Assembly: GCA_045629225.1 (NCBI GenBank)
Contig: JAZQQU010000062.1
Location: 33,867 to 97,866, forward strand
Direction of reading: 5' to 3'
Source: Bacteroidales bacterium
Lineage (GTDB): Bacteria; Bacteroidota; Bacteroidia; Bacteroidales; UBA3663
DNA: 64,000 bases
Positions 10,798 to 20,971 of the stretch are shown piece by piece (within the stretch, counting starts at the first letter, position 1; each line of letters begins with the position of its first letter). The notes under the pieces were generated by a model, which had not been told where the DNA came from, ran no database searches, and saw only the letters and a program-made list of their open reading frames with translations. Position numbers and translations under genes: made by a program.

Positions 10798-10922
10798 ATC
10801 GTTTTTGACTTTTGAAACAAATAATGCAGCGAAAAAAAACCATTTTGATGATAAAAATGTCCATATTTGTTCAAATACATGAAAAAAATGAACGAAAAAG
10901 TCCGACTAAAACAATTTTTTCT

Positions 10923-10930
10923 TATCTTTG
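10923..10930 (+). promoter_or_regulatory. -7 box for galM and the downstream arabinose genes
   Basis: TATCTTTG sits 70 nt upstream of the ATG at 11000. Confidence 0.55.
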
Positions 10931-10999
10931 CAGCGTTGCAGACGTCAACACTTCACAATGCAATCATACCAAAAACTTAATCAAAAATACCAAACAACA

Positions 11000-12178
11000 A
11001 TGAAATCTACTCTCAAGATTACAAGCATGGCTCTTTTGGCTGCTGCTCCAATCTTCATGGGAAGTTGCGCTAAGTCTCAACCTGAGGCTCCACAGCTCAC
11101 CAAGTCGGGTCTAGACCCAATGAACTTCGCAGACACCATTCAGGGCAAGGCTACCGCTCTCTACACCTTGACCAATGCCAATGGTCTGGAAGTTTGCATC
11201 ACCAATTACGGCGGACGCGTGGTATCGCTCATGGTACCAGATCGCGATGGCAAACTGACCGACGTGGTGCTCGGCTTCGACAACGTGAAGCAGTATGCCG
11301 ACACAGAGAATTCGCCAAGCGACTACGGTTCATCAGTTGGCCGTTATGCCAACCGTATCGGAGGCGGCAAGTTCACCCTCAATGGCGAGGAGATTCAGCT
11401 CACCCAGAACGACGGTCCTAATTGCCTGCATGGCGGTGGTGCTACCGGCTGGATGCATCGAGTATATGATGCTGAGCAGGTAAGCGTTTCACAGCTCAAG
11501 TTGACCATCGTAGCTCAGGATGGCGAGAACGGCTTCCCTGGCACCGTAACTGCAACCACCACCTACACCTTGACCGAAGACAATACCCTCGACATGGTAT
11601 GGGAGGCTACCACTGACAAAGAGACCATCATCAACCAGACCAACCACAACTATTATAATCTGAACGGTGACTTCAACCAGCCTGGCACTGACATGCTACT
11701 CTACCTCAACGCGGACAACTTCACTCCATCAGATGCGCTCTATATCCCAACGGGCGAAATCAAGCCAGTAGAGGGCACTGTTTTCGACTTCCGCCAGCCT
11801 ACCGCTATCAGCCAGGCCATCGGAGCTGACTTCGACCAGGTCCAGAATGCACGCGGCGGCATCGACCACAACTTCTGCCTCAACACCGCTGGTGACGATA
11901 CCCAGGTATGTGCTTCGCTCTATTCGTCAAAGACTGGCATCTTCATGGAGATGTTTACTAACGAGCCTGGTGTACAGTGCTACACTGGTAACTTTCAGGG
12001 CGTTGATGGTGAGCAGGAGATCCGTCACAAGGGCGGTGTTTATCCTCAGTATGTCAGCGTTTGCCTTGAGAGCCAGAAGTATCCTGACTCACCTAACAAG
12101 CCTGAGTGGGCTCAGCCTAACCTCAAGCCTGGCGAGAAGTACTACAGCCACGCAGCATACAAGTTCTCTATCAAGTAA
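11000..12178 (+). CDS. galM: aldose 1-epimerase (mutarotase), lipoprotein form
   Basis: Whole-length family resemblance (GGRVVSL, GRYANRIGGGKF, LHGG, ...GVCLE-type end). Lipobox FMGSC. Confidence 0.85.
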   Translation: MKSTLKITSMALLAAAPIFMGSCAKSQPEAPQLTKSGLDPMNFADTIQGKATALYTLTNANGLEVCITNYGGRVVSLMVPDRDGKLTDVVLGFDNVKQYADTENSPSDYGSSVGRYANRIGGGKFTLNGEEIQLTQNDGPNCLHGGGATGWMHRVYDAEQVSVSQLKLTIVAQDGENGFPGTVTATTTYTLTEDNTLDMVWEATTDKETIINQTNHNYYNLNGDFNQPGTDMLLYLNADNFTPSDALYIPTGEIKPVEGTVFDFRQPTAISQAIGADFDQVQNARGGIDHNFCLNTAGDDTQVCASLYSSKTGIFMEMFTNEPGVQCYTGNFQGVDGEQEIRHKGGVYPQYVSVCLESQKYPDSPNKPEWAQPNLKPGEKYYSHAAYKFSIK

Positions 12179-12211
12179 TCTAAAAACTATTAAATAAACA
12201 CATCTTTTCTT

Positions 12212-13501
12212 ATGGCACAGCAAAAACGCAACTGGGTGGCTATTATCACCATGTTTGCACTCTTCGCCATGGTAGGTTTTGTAACCAACCTGGCTGCTCC
12301 TTTTGGCAACATCTGGGGCTTCAAGTATGAATCAGCCGGCATGCTTGGCAACCTGATGAACTTTACAGCTTATCTTTTCATGGGTATCCCTGCAGGCAAC
12401 ATGCTTACCACCGTAGGCTACAAGAAGACCGCACTCATCGGTATGTGTGTAGGTGTAGTTGGTCTGTTCATCCAGTACCTCTCAAGCGTCATTGGCGCTG
12501 ACGTCATCGTCACCGGTGATTATGCCTTGAATCTTTTCATCTACCTGCTCGGCGCTCTCGTATGCGGTTTCTCTGTCTGCATGCTCAACACCGTAGTCAA
12601 CCCTATGCTTAACCTCCTTGGTGGCGGTGGCAAGGTTGGCAATCAGCTCCTCCAGCTCGGTGGCTCATGCAACTCATTGGCCGGTACTCTTGCTCCACTT
12701 CTCGCAGGTGCTTTGATTGGCACCATTACTGCCGACACTGCCATGAGTGACGTTACCCCACTGCTTTTCATTGGCATCGGTATCTTCATCGTAGCTATCC
12801 TGGTTATTGCCAGCCTCAAGATCGAGGAGCCTCAGGCAAGCACAGCCAAGGTTACCTTCGAGCATTCTCCTATTGCCTTCCGTCATTGTCTGCTCGGCGT
12901 CATTGCCATCTTCTTCTATGTAGGCGTTGAGGTTGGTATTCCAGCACAGATGAACTTCTATGTTTCGGGCATGACCTTCGCTGGTGCTGCTGCCGTGGGT
13001 GGTGCACTTGCTTCGCTCTACTGGTTGCTGATGCTCGTAGGCCGTCTGGCTTCTGGTTCACTTCTCGGCAATGTTTCTTCAAAGACTCAGCTCACCTACG
13101 CTTCGGCTGTAGCTATCTGCTTCCTTCTGATTGCCGTATTCCTCCCCGAGAGCGTTACCTTCTCGATTCCAGCCATTGACATTGTGATCTTCGCCATCCC
13201 AGCATGTACCGTACCAATGAAGTGTCTCTTCATCTTCCTCTGCGGTCTCTGTACCTCAGTGATGTGGGGTGGTATCTTCAACCTCGCTACCGAGGGTCTC
13301 GGCAAGTACACCGCCAAGGCTTCTGGCCTTTTCATGGCCATGGTTGTAGGTGGTGGTGTGATGCCTTACCTTCAGGACCTCATCGGCGTAAACGTAGGCC
13401 GTATTGCCAGCTACTGGCTCTCAATTGCCATGTTGGCTTACATCCTCTTCTACGCAGTGGTTGGCTCAAAGAATGTCAACAAGGACATAAAGGTGGACTA
13501 A
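12212..13501 (+). CDS. MFS sugar:H+ symporter (glucose/galactose or fucose permease family)
   Basis: About 12 predicted helices, FucP/GluP-like N terminus, sugar-utilisation context. Confidence 0.7.
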   Translation: MAQQKRNWVAIITMFALFAMVGFVTNLAAPFGNIWGFKYESAGMLGNLMNFTAYLFMGIPAGNMLTTVGYKKTALIGMCVGVVGLFIQYLSSVIGADVIVTGDYALNLFIYLLGALVCGFSVCMLNTVVNPMLNLLGGGGKVGNQLLQLGGSCNSLAGTLAPLLAGALIGTITADTAMSDVTPLLFIGIGIFIVAILVIASLKIEEPQASTAKVTFEHSPIAFRHCLLGVIAIFFYVGVEVGIPAQMNFYVSGMTFAGAAAVGGALASLYWLLMLVGRLASGSLLGNVSSKTQLTYASAVAICFLLIAVFLPESVTFSIPAIDIVIFAIPACTVPMKCLFIFLCGLCTSVMWGGIFNLATEGLGKYTAKASGLFMAMVVGGGVMPYLQDLIGVNVGRIASYWLSIAMLAYILFYAVVGSKNVNKDIKVD

Positions 13502-13568
13502 TACCTATAATATTATTTTAAGAGTTAACACACACTCTTTATTAACACCAACATTAATAATTTAACAC

Positions 13569-15512
13569 ATGGACAAAGTATTAGCAGCATTGCAGGTCAG
13601 TGGTTTCAAGACGGTTGACTTCGTGATCCTGATTGCCTACCTTATCGTGCTGGTAGGCCTCGGCCTCTTCCTTAGCCGCTCGAAGGACGGCAAGGAGAAG
13701 AGTGCCAACGACTACTTTCTGGCTGGCAACACCCTGACCTGGTGGGCAGTGGGTGCTTCTCTCATTGCAGCCAACATTTCGGCCGAACAGTTTATCGGCA
13801 TGTCTGGTACCGGCTACGCTGACGGTATCGCCATCGCAGCCTACGAGGTCATGGCAGCCATCACCCTCGTTGTGATTGGCAAGTTCCTCCTCCCAGTCAT
13901 GCTTGATCGCAAGATCTTCACCATCCCACAGTTCCTTCGCGAGCGTTATAACGATGGTGTAGGTTTGGCCTTCTCTGTACTCTGGTTGTTCCTCTATGTA
14001 TTCGTCAACCTCACCTCAGTGGCTTGGCTCGGCGCTTTGGCTATCGAGCAGATTCTGAACCTGCAGGGCATTGCCGTAAGCATCTTCGGCATGGAGATTT
14101 CTATCCGTATGATTATCGTGCTTCTGCTCTTCATCATCGCAGGTGTTTACTCGATCTACGGTGGTCTGGCCTCTGTAGCCTGGACCGACGTAATGCAGGT
14201 AACCTTCCTCGTAGGTGGTGGTTTGATCACCGCTTACATTGCACTGGCTGAGATTGGCAACGTATTCGGCACCGATGCATTTGGCGCATTGGCCAACATC
14301 TACAACGAGCTTACCACAGGTGCCAACGCCACCGACACACACTTCCACCTGGTGATCCAGGAGTCGCACAATGCTGATGCCTTCGCCAACGTTCCTGGTA
14401 TTGCAGCCGTAGTGGGCGGCGTATGGCTCACCAACCTCGGCTACTGGGGCTTCAATCAGTACATCATCCAGAAGGGTCTGGCAGCCAAGAACATCGAAGA
14501 GGCCAAAAAGGGCTTGATCTTCGCCGGCTTCCTCAAGATCCTCATCCCATTCATTGTGGTACTGCCAGGTATCTGTGCTTGCTACATCTTCAAGCATCAC
14601 CCAGAACTCATCGACCAGATGAACCTTGGCGGCACCATCGACAAGTCTGATGACGCTTATCCTTGGCTGATCCGCAACTTCACCCCTACCGGCATCAAGG
14701 GTCTCTCATTCGCTGCCCTTGCTGCTGCCATCATCTCTTCACTGGCTTCTATGTTCAACTCTACTTCTACCCTGTTCACCATGGACATCTACAAGAAGTA
14801 CATCAATAAGGAGGCTGGTGACAAGAAGTTGGTGAACGTAGGCCGTATGACCTCGGTTTGCGCACTGGTAATTGCCCTCATCGCTACCCAGCCACTCCTC
14901 GGCAGCCTCGACCAGGCCTTCCAGTACATTCAGGAGTATTCAGGCTTCATCTATCCAGGCATCATCACCGTATTCGGTTTGGGTCTGCTCTGGAAACGTG
15001 CCTCAGCTACTGCTGCTGTCTGGACAGCTATCATCACCATCCCATTGGGCGTAATCTTCAAGCTTGCTTTGGGTGGCGTACCATTCCAGCTTCGTGCCGG
15101 CTATATCTTCATCATCATCGTCAGCTTCTTCATCATCGTCTCTCTGCTCGACAAGAAGTTCGTTCATTGCGACGAGCCAGCTAAGGCAGACAAGTGCACT
15201 ATGGTTAAGTGGGCCAAGATTCTGGGTGGCACAGGTATTGCCTTCATCGTTATCGCTCTCATCGTTGTTGCCATGGGCGACAGCACCTCTGTCACCGCTT
15301 ACCTCAACGATATCGGTTTCCAGGCATTCATCTTCTTTGGTGTGCTCGTTGGGTGCAACGGCATCTGGCTCTGGAGCAACGCTAATTCTGACAAGCAGGA
15401 TGTCAAGGCTCTGCCTATCAACCTCGCCCTATTCCGCACCGACAAGTCTTACACTTGGGGAGCATTCGGCATCGGCTTGATCACACTGATCCTGTACGCT
15501 GTGCTGTGGTAA
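13569..15512 (+). CDS. sodium:solute symporter (SGLT-type sugar transporter)
   Basis: SSF-family signature region (DYFLAGNTLTWWAVGASLIAANISAEQFIGMSG) and about 14 helices. Confidence 0.8.
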   Translation: MDKVLAALQVSGFKTVDFVILIAYLIVLVGLGLFLSRSKDGKEKSANDYFLAGNTLTWWAVGASLIAANISAEQFIGMSGTGYADGIAIAAYEVMAAITLVVIGKFLLPVMLDRKIFTIPQFLRERYNDGVGLAFSVLWLFLYVFVNLTSVAWLGALAIEQILNLQGIAVSIFGMEISIRMIIVLLLFIIAGVYSIYGGLASVAWTDVMQVTFLVGGGLITAYIALAEIGNVFGTDAFGALANIYNELTTGANATDTHFHLVIQESHNADAFANVPGIAAVVGGVWLTNLGYWGFNQYIIQKGLAAKNIEEAKKGLIFAGFLKILIPFIVVLPGICACYIFKHHPELIDQMNLGGTIDKSDDAYPWLIRNFTPTGIKGLSFAALAAAIISSLASMFNSTSTLFTMDIYKKYINKEAGDKKLVNVGRMTSVCALVIALIATQPLLGSLDQAFQYIQEYSGFIYPGIITVFGLGLLWKRASATAAVWTAIITIPLGVIFKLALGGVPFQLRAGYIFIIIVSFFIIVSLLDKKFVHCDEPAKADKCTMVKWAKILGGTGIAFIVIALIVVAMGDSTSVTAYLNDIGFQAFIFFGVLVGCNGIWLWSNANSDKQDVKALPINLALFRTDKSYTWGAFGIGLITLILYAVLW

Positions 15513-15636
15513 TCGCTCACTAAAGCAATACACATTATAATATTATTTATCCACGGAAATGACGGAAAATACGGAACACAGCGATTTCCGTTGTTTCCGT
15601 GGCTATCCCTAAATCCAACCCACAAAACATCAAACT

Positions 15637-16347
15637 ATGCTTGAAGAACTCAAAAAGAAAGTTTTTGATGCCAATATGGATCTTGTCCGTCAGGGTCTTG
15701 TTATCTACACCTGGGGCAACGTTTCGGGCATCGACCGCGAAAAGGGACTGGTAGTCATTAAGCCATCAGGCGTTGATTACGACGTAATGAAGGTTGAAGA
15801 TATGGTTGTCGTTAGCCTTGAGACTGGCAAAGTCGTAGAGGGAGAGCTTAATCCATCGTCCGACACTCCGACTCACTTGGCACTCTATCGTGCTTTCCCA
15901 AACATCTTGGGTGTAGTTCACACTCACTCAACCTATGCTACTGCATTTGCAGAGGCTGGACGCGACATTCCAAACATTGGCACTACACATGCTGATTATT
16001 TTTATAAGGAGATTCCTTGCACCCGCGATATGACCGAAGCTGAGGTAAAGGGGCAGTATGAACTCGAAACAGGCAATGTCATCGTAGACGAATTCCTCAA
16101 CATCCGCAAGATCAATCCTGATCACACACCTGCAGTACTGGTCAAGAACCATGGACCTTTCTCGTGGGGAACCTCTCCTGCCAATGCTGTTTATAATGCC
16201 AAGGTCATGGAGCAGTGTGCCAAGATGGCCTTCATTGCATTCTCGGTCAATCCTGAACTCACAATGAATCCTCTTCTTATTGAGAAGCACTATATGCGCA
16301 AGCACGGTCCTAACGCCTACTATGGACAGAAGGGCCAGCAGCACTAA
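15637..16347 (+). CDS. araD: L-ribulose-5-phosphate 4-epimerase
   Basis: Class II aldolase/AraD pattern ([11 protein letters not shown]..., [13 protein letters not shown]) and araA/araB neighbours. Confidence 0.9.
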   Translation: MLEELKKKVFDANMDLVRQGLVIYTWGNVSGIDREKGLVVIKPSGVDYDVMKVEDMVVVSLETGKVVEGELNPSSDTPTHLALYRAFPNILGVVHTHSTYATAFAEAGRDIPNIGTTHADYFYKEIPCTRDMTEAEVKGQYELETGNVIVDEFLNIRKINPDHTPAVLVKNHGPFSWGTSPANAVYNAKVMEQCAKMAFIAFSVNPELTMNPLLIEKHYMRKHGPNAYYGQKGQQH

Positions 16348-16379
16348 TCTATTACACACACATTAAATAATTTAATTCC

Positions 16380-17912
16380 ATGTTTGAAAAATTAGAACTC
16401 TGGTGGGTAACTGGCGCACAGTTACTCTATGGCGGAGAAACCGTCAAGATTGTAGATGGACACTCACAGGAGATGGTAGCAGGCCTGAACGCAGGTGGCA
16501 TCATTCCTATCAAAGTGGTATATAAAGGCACAGCCAATTCTTCAAAGGAGGTTGAGCAGATTATGCTCGAGGCGAATAATGCTCCACAGTGTGCAGGTGT
16601 CATCACCTGGATGCACACCTTCTCGCCTGCCAAGATGTGGATCAAGGGTCTGCAGCGACTCAAGAAGCCTCTGCTTCACTTCCACACTCAGTACAATGCC
16701 GAGATCCCTTGGGACACCATGGACATGGACTTCATGAACCTCAACCAGTCGGCTCACGGTGACATCGAATACGGCCATATCTGTACCCGCATGCGCATCC
16801 AGCGCAAGGTGGTAGTAGGCTATTGGAAGAGCCAGGAGGCTCAGAAGAAGATTGCCGTCTGGGCCCGCGTAGCAGCAGCAGTGGCTGATGCTCATGACGT
16901 ACGCTGCCTGATGTTCGGCATGAACATGAACAACGTAGCCGTAACCGATGGCGACCGCGTGGAGTTTGAGCAACGCCTTGGCTATCATGTTGACTACTAT
17001 CCGGTTTCATCATTGATGGACTATTTCAAGAAGGTAACCGATGCCGAAGTTGATGCTTTGGTTGAGACCTACAAGAAGGAATACACCATCAAGATTGACG
17101 AGAGTGGCGAAGAGGTATATTGGGAGAAGGTACGCAATGCAGCTAAGGCAGAGTTAGCCATCCGTGCCGTCCTCAAGGACGAAGGAGCTACTGCTTTCAC
17201 CACCAACTTCGACGACCTCGGTGATGCAGATATCAACGATCCAAACTTCTGCGGCTTCGACCAGATTCCTGGCCTCGCTTCACAGCGTCTGATGGCTGAA
17301 GGCATCGGCTTCGGTGCTGAGGGTGACTGGAAGACCGCTTGTCTCTACCGTAGCCTTTGGGTAATGAACCAGGGTCTCACTAAGGGTTGCTCATTCCTTG
17401 AGGACTACACCCTCAACTTCGACGAGAACCAGACCTCATCACTCCAGAGCCACATGCTCGAGGTTACCCCACTCATTGCTTCCGACAAGCCTAAGCTCGA
17501 GGTTCATCACCTCGGCATCGGCATCCGCAAGCAGCAGACCGCGCGTCTCGTCTTCACCTCTAAGACCGGTGCTGGCTGCAAGGCTACCATCGTTGACCTC
17601 GGCAACCGCTTCCGCCTCATTACCTCTGACGTGGAATGCATCGAGCCTAAGCCAATGCCTAAGCTACCTGTTGCTTCAGCTCTTTGGGTTCCTCAGCCTA
17701 CCTTCGAAATCGGTGCAGGTGCATGGATCCTCGCTGGCGGTACTCACCACAGCGCATTCTCATACGAGATTACTGCTGAATACTGGGAGGATTTTGCAGA
17801 GATGTGCGGCATCGAGTTCATTGGCATCAACAAGGACACCACCATCTCGGGCTTCAAGCAGCAGTTGCGCAACAATGAGATTTACTATATGCTCAATAAG
17901 GCACTGATGTAA
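16380..17912 (+). CDS. araA: L-arabinose isomerase
   Basis: N-terminal LELWWVTGAQLLYGGE and whole-length AraA resemblance; 510 aa. Confidence 0.9.
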   Translation: MFEKLELWWVTGAQLLYGGETVKIVDGHSQEMVAGLNAGGIIPIKVVYKGTANSSKEVEQIMLEANNAPQCAGVITWMHTFSPAKMWIKGLQRLKKPLLHFHTQYNAEIPWDTMDMDFMNLNQSAHGDIEYGHICTRMRIQRKVVVGYWKSQEAQKKIAVWARVAAAVADAHDVRCLMFGMNMNNVAVTDGDRVEFEQRLGYHVDYYPVSSLMDYFKKVTDAEVDALVETYKKEYTIKIDESGEEVYWEKVRNAAKAELAIRAVLKDEGATAFTTNFDDLGDADINDPNFCGFDQIPGLASQRLMAEGIGFGAEGDWKTACLYRSLWVMNQGLTKGCSFLEDYTLNFDENQTSSLQSHMLEVTPLIASDKPKLEVHHLGIGIRKQQTARLVFTSKTGAGCKATIVDLGNRFRLITSDVECIEPKPMPKLPVASALWVPQPTFEIGAGAWILAGGTHHSAFSYEITAEYWEDFAEMCGIEFIGINKDTTISGFKQQLRNNEIYYMLNKALM

Positions 17913-18064
17913 AGACCCTCCCCATCCCTCCCTCGGAGGGAGCTTATTAGTTAGTAATTGGGGGTAAATCACATTATTCATATATTAAAACCGCAATACC
18001 ACCCTGCGGCAAGATTTGGTAATTATCAAATCACCTCCCTAAGGGAGGGTTAGGGTGGTTCTAT

Positions 18065-19693
18065 ATGACCGCAAGAGAAACCATCATAAATGGTAAAGCC
18101 GTTCTCGGTATTGAGCTCGGTTCTACCCGCATCAAGGCTGTCCTGATTGACCAGGAGAACAAGCCAATCGCACAAGGCTCGCACGAGTGGGAGAACCAGC
18201 TCGTCGATGGCCTATGGACCTATAGCACCGAAGCCATCTGGTACGGTCTGGAGGACGCATACGCTGACCTCCGCAAGTTCGTGAAGAAAGAGTATGACTG
18301 CGAGATCGAAATCCTCGCCAGCATCGGCATCTCAGCCATGATGCACGGCTATATGGCCTTCGGTCCTACAGGCACTGCCAGCCATGGTGCACCAGCCTCT
18401 GAGGCAGAGAAGATACTCGTGCCTTTCCGCACTTGGCGCAACACCAACACCGGCAAGGCTGCAGCAGAGCTATCAAAGCTCTTCAACTACAACATCCCTC
18501 TGCGTTGGAGCATTTCGCACCTCTACGAGGCTATTCTCGACAACGAGGAGCACGTGCCAGGCATCACTTACCTCACCACCCTCGCCGGTTACATCCACTG
18601 GCGTCTCACTGGCGAGAAGGTGCTTGGCATCGGTGACGCTTCAGGCATGATTCCTGTCGATCCAGAGACCAAGAACTACAATGCCGAGATGGTTCGTAAG
18701 TTCAACGAACTCGTGGCACCAAAGGGCTTCCCATGGAAGCTCGAGGACATCCTGCCACAGTGCGTTTGCGCTGGCCAGAAGGCTGGCTTCCTGACCCCTC
18801 ACGGTGCTCAGCGTCTTGACATCTCTGGCCACCTGAAGCCAGGTATCCCATTCTGTCCACCTGAAGGCGATGCAGGCACTGGCATGGTTGCTACCAACGC
18901 TGTGAAGGTTCGCACAGGTAACGTCTCTGCAGGCACTTCATCATTCTCAATGATCGTATTGGAAAAGGATCTGAGCAAGCCTAACGAGATGATCGATATG
19001 GTAACCACTCCAGACGGCAACCTCGTGGCTATGGTTCACTGCAACAACTGTACCTCTGACATCAACGCCTGGGTGAAGCTCTTCAAGGAGTATCAGCAGC
19101 TGCTCGGTCTGCCAGTTGACATGAACGATATCTACGCCAAGCTCTACAATCATGCTCTCACCGGCGACAAGGACTGTGGTGGCATTCTGGCATATAACTT
19201 CATCTCTGGTGAGCCAGTTGCAGGCCTGCAGGAGGGTCGTCCACTCTTCGTCCGCTCAGCCAACGACCGATTCAACCTCGCTAACCTGATGCGTGCCAAC
19301 CTTTTCGGCACCGTGGCTGTGCTCAAGCTCGGCAACGATGTGCTCTTCAAGGAGGAGAACGTACAGGTGGACCGCATCACCGGCCATGGTGGTCTCTTCA
19401 AGACTCCTGTCGTAGGACAGAAGATTCTTGCTGCTGCCCTCAATTCACCTATTTCAGTCATGGAGACTGCAGGCGAAGGCGGTGCGTGGGGTATCGCTCT
19501 CCTGGCAAACTACTGCGTCAACAACCCAGACGAGCTCAACCTTGCCGACTACCTCGAGAATGTTGTCTTCGCTGGCAACACCGGTGTAGAGATTGCTCCA
19601 GATCCTGAGGACGTAGCAGGCTTCAACAAGTACATTGAGACCTTCAAGGCCTGCATCCCAGTCGATCAGGCTGCAGTGGATTGCAAGAAATAA
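18065..19693 (+). CDS. araB: FGGY-family sugar kinase, ribulokinase by context
   Basis: LGIELGSTRIKAVLID phosphate-1 motif, FGGY length and layout, immediately after araD-araA. Confidence 0.8.
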   Translation: MTARETIINGKAVLGIELGSTRIKAVLIDQENKPIAQGSHEWENQLVDGLWTYSTEAIWYGLEDAYADLRKFVKKEYDCEIEILASIGISAMMHGYMAFGPTGTASHGAPASEAEKILVPFRTWRNTNTGKAAAELSKLFNYNIPLRWSISHLYEAILDNEEHVPGITYLTTLAGYIHWRLTGEKVLGIGDASGMIPVDPETKNYNAEMVRKFNELVAPKGFPWKLEDILPQCVCAGQKAGFLTPHGAQRLDISGHLKPGIPFCPPEGDAGTGMVATNAVKVRTGNVSAGTSSFSMIVLEKDLSKPNEMIDMVTTPDGNLVAMVHCNNCTSDINAWVKLFKEYQQLLGLPVDMNDIYAKLYNHALTGDKDCGGILAYNFISGEPVAGLQEGRPLFVRSANDRFNLANLMRANLFGTVAVLKLGNDVLFKEENVQVDRITGHGGLFKTPVVGQKILAAALNSPISVMETAGEGGAWGIALLANYCVNNPDELNLADYLENVVFAGNTGVEIAPDPEDVAGFNKYIETFKACIPVDQAAVDCKK

Positions 19694-19760
19694 TCAATAG
19701 GAAGGGGAGTAAAAAGGAAGTAATGGAACAGCATCACAGTCGTTCCTGCTTACATCCTTT

Positions 19761-19827
19761 TTACTCCCCTTCTGCTTTTCCCCTTACTCCCCTTCTGCTT
19801 TTTCCCTTACTCCCCTTCTCTATTTTC
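19761..19827 (+). repeat. 23-bp tandem repeat x3 (TTACTCCCCTTCTGCTTTTCCCC)
   Basis: Units start at 19761, 19784 and 19807. Unit 1 is the right arm of a 17-bp-stem hairpin whose left arm is 19701-19717. Confidence 0.85.
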
Positions 19828-19831
19828 AACA

Positions 19832-20971
19832 ATGCGTTCTATTCTCTCCCTCCTCCTCTCATCCGCTCTCCTGGCATCATGCACACACAACACATCTTCA
19901 CCCGAACCCATGAACGACAATTCCCTGCTTCTCTTTGTCAGCAGCTATGGCAGTGCTGACGACGAATGCATTCGCCTCTATTCCTTCAACCCCGAAACCG
20001 GCGAGAACCAGTATGTCAGCGGATTATCAGGCATCAGCAACCCCTCGTTCCTATGCCTTGGCCCCGACGGCAAGCATCTCTATGCCGTGGGCGAGGATGA
20101 TGGTGAGACTGCTTCAGCCAACACGCTGATCTACAACGACAGCCTCCGCACTCTGCAGCTCGTGGCCTCACAGCCCACCGACGGAGGTGCGCCCTGCAAC
20201 ATTTGCGTAAGCCCTGACCAACACGAAGTGATTACCTCCAACTACGTGGGTGGAAGCATCTCTGTGTTCCCTATTCAGGACGATCAGACTTTGGGCAAAT
20301 GCCAGGCCATCAGTTTCGAGGGCCATGGCCCCAACACCGACCGTCAGGAACAGGCACATTTGCATGCCGTCAATTTCACGCCTGATGGTCGCTACATGCT
20401 GGCCAACGATCTGGGCACAGACCAGATCCATTTCTTCCCAATTGCCAAAGGCGAGTCCGTCATCAGCCAGCCATTCACCAACTTACAGTTACCTGCTGGA
20501 ACAGGGCCTCGTCACCTCTGTTTCTCTCCTACCGGCCAGCATGCCTATCTGCTCAGCGAGCTGAGTGGTGAGATTTTTGTACTTGCTTACGATGCTGACT
20601 CTGCTTCTACTGAACCCTTCCGCATCGTCCAAACTCTCAAGGCAGACACTCTCGATGCCGGAGGCAGTGCGGACATACATTGTTCCCGCGACGGTCGTTA
20701 TCTCTATGCCTCGCACCGACTTCAAGGCGACGGCATCAGCATCTACCACATTGCTGACGATGCCACTCTCACACGCATCGGTTATCAGCCCACAGGCTCA
20801 CATCCTCGCAATTTCACACTCTCGTCCGACGGTCGCTTTCTGCTTGTTGCCTGTCGTGATAGCCACGTAGTTCATGTTTTCCGACGTGACGAGCAGACCG
20901 GTCTCCTCACTGACTCTGGTCACAACATTTCACAAGGACTTCCCGTCTGCGTCCTGTTTGCATGGCAATAA
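19832..20971 (+). CDS. lactonase-family seven-bladed beta-propeller (6-phosphogluconolactonase-like), lipoprotein
   Basis: Lipobox LLASC; NPSFL...LYAVGE and the repeated propeller pattern typical of the family. Confidence 0.7.
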   Translation: MRSILSLLLSSALLASCTHNTSSPEPMNDNSLLLFVSSYGSADDECIRLYSFNPETGENQYVSGLSGISNPSFLCLGPDGKHLYAVGEDDGETASANTLIYNDSLRTLQLVASQPTDGGAPCNICVSPDQHEVITSNYVGGSISVFPIQDDQTLGKCQAISFEGHGPNTDRQEQAHLHAVNFTPDGRYMLANDLGTDQIHFFPIAKGESVISQPFTNLQLPAGTGPRHLCFSPTGQHAYLLSELSGEIFVLAYDADSASTEPFRIVQTLKADTLDAGGSADIHCSRDGRYLYASHRLQGDGISIYHIADDATLTRIGYQPTGSHPRNFTLSSDGRFLLVACRDSHVVHVFRRDEQTGLLTDSGHNISQGLPVCVLFAWQ

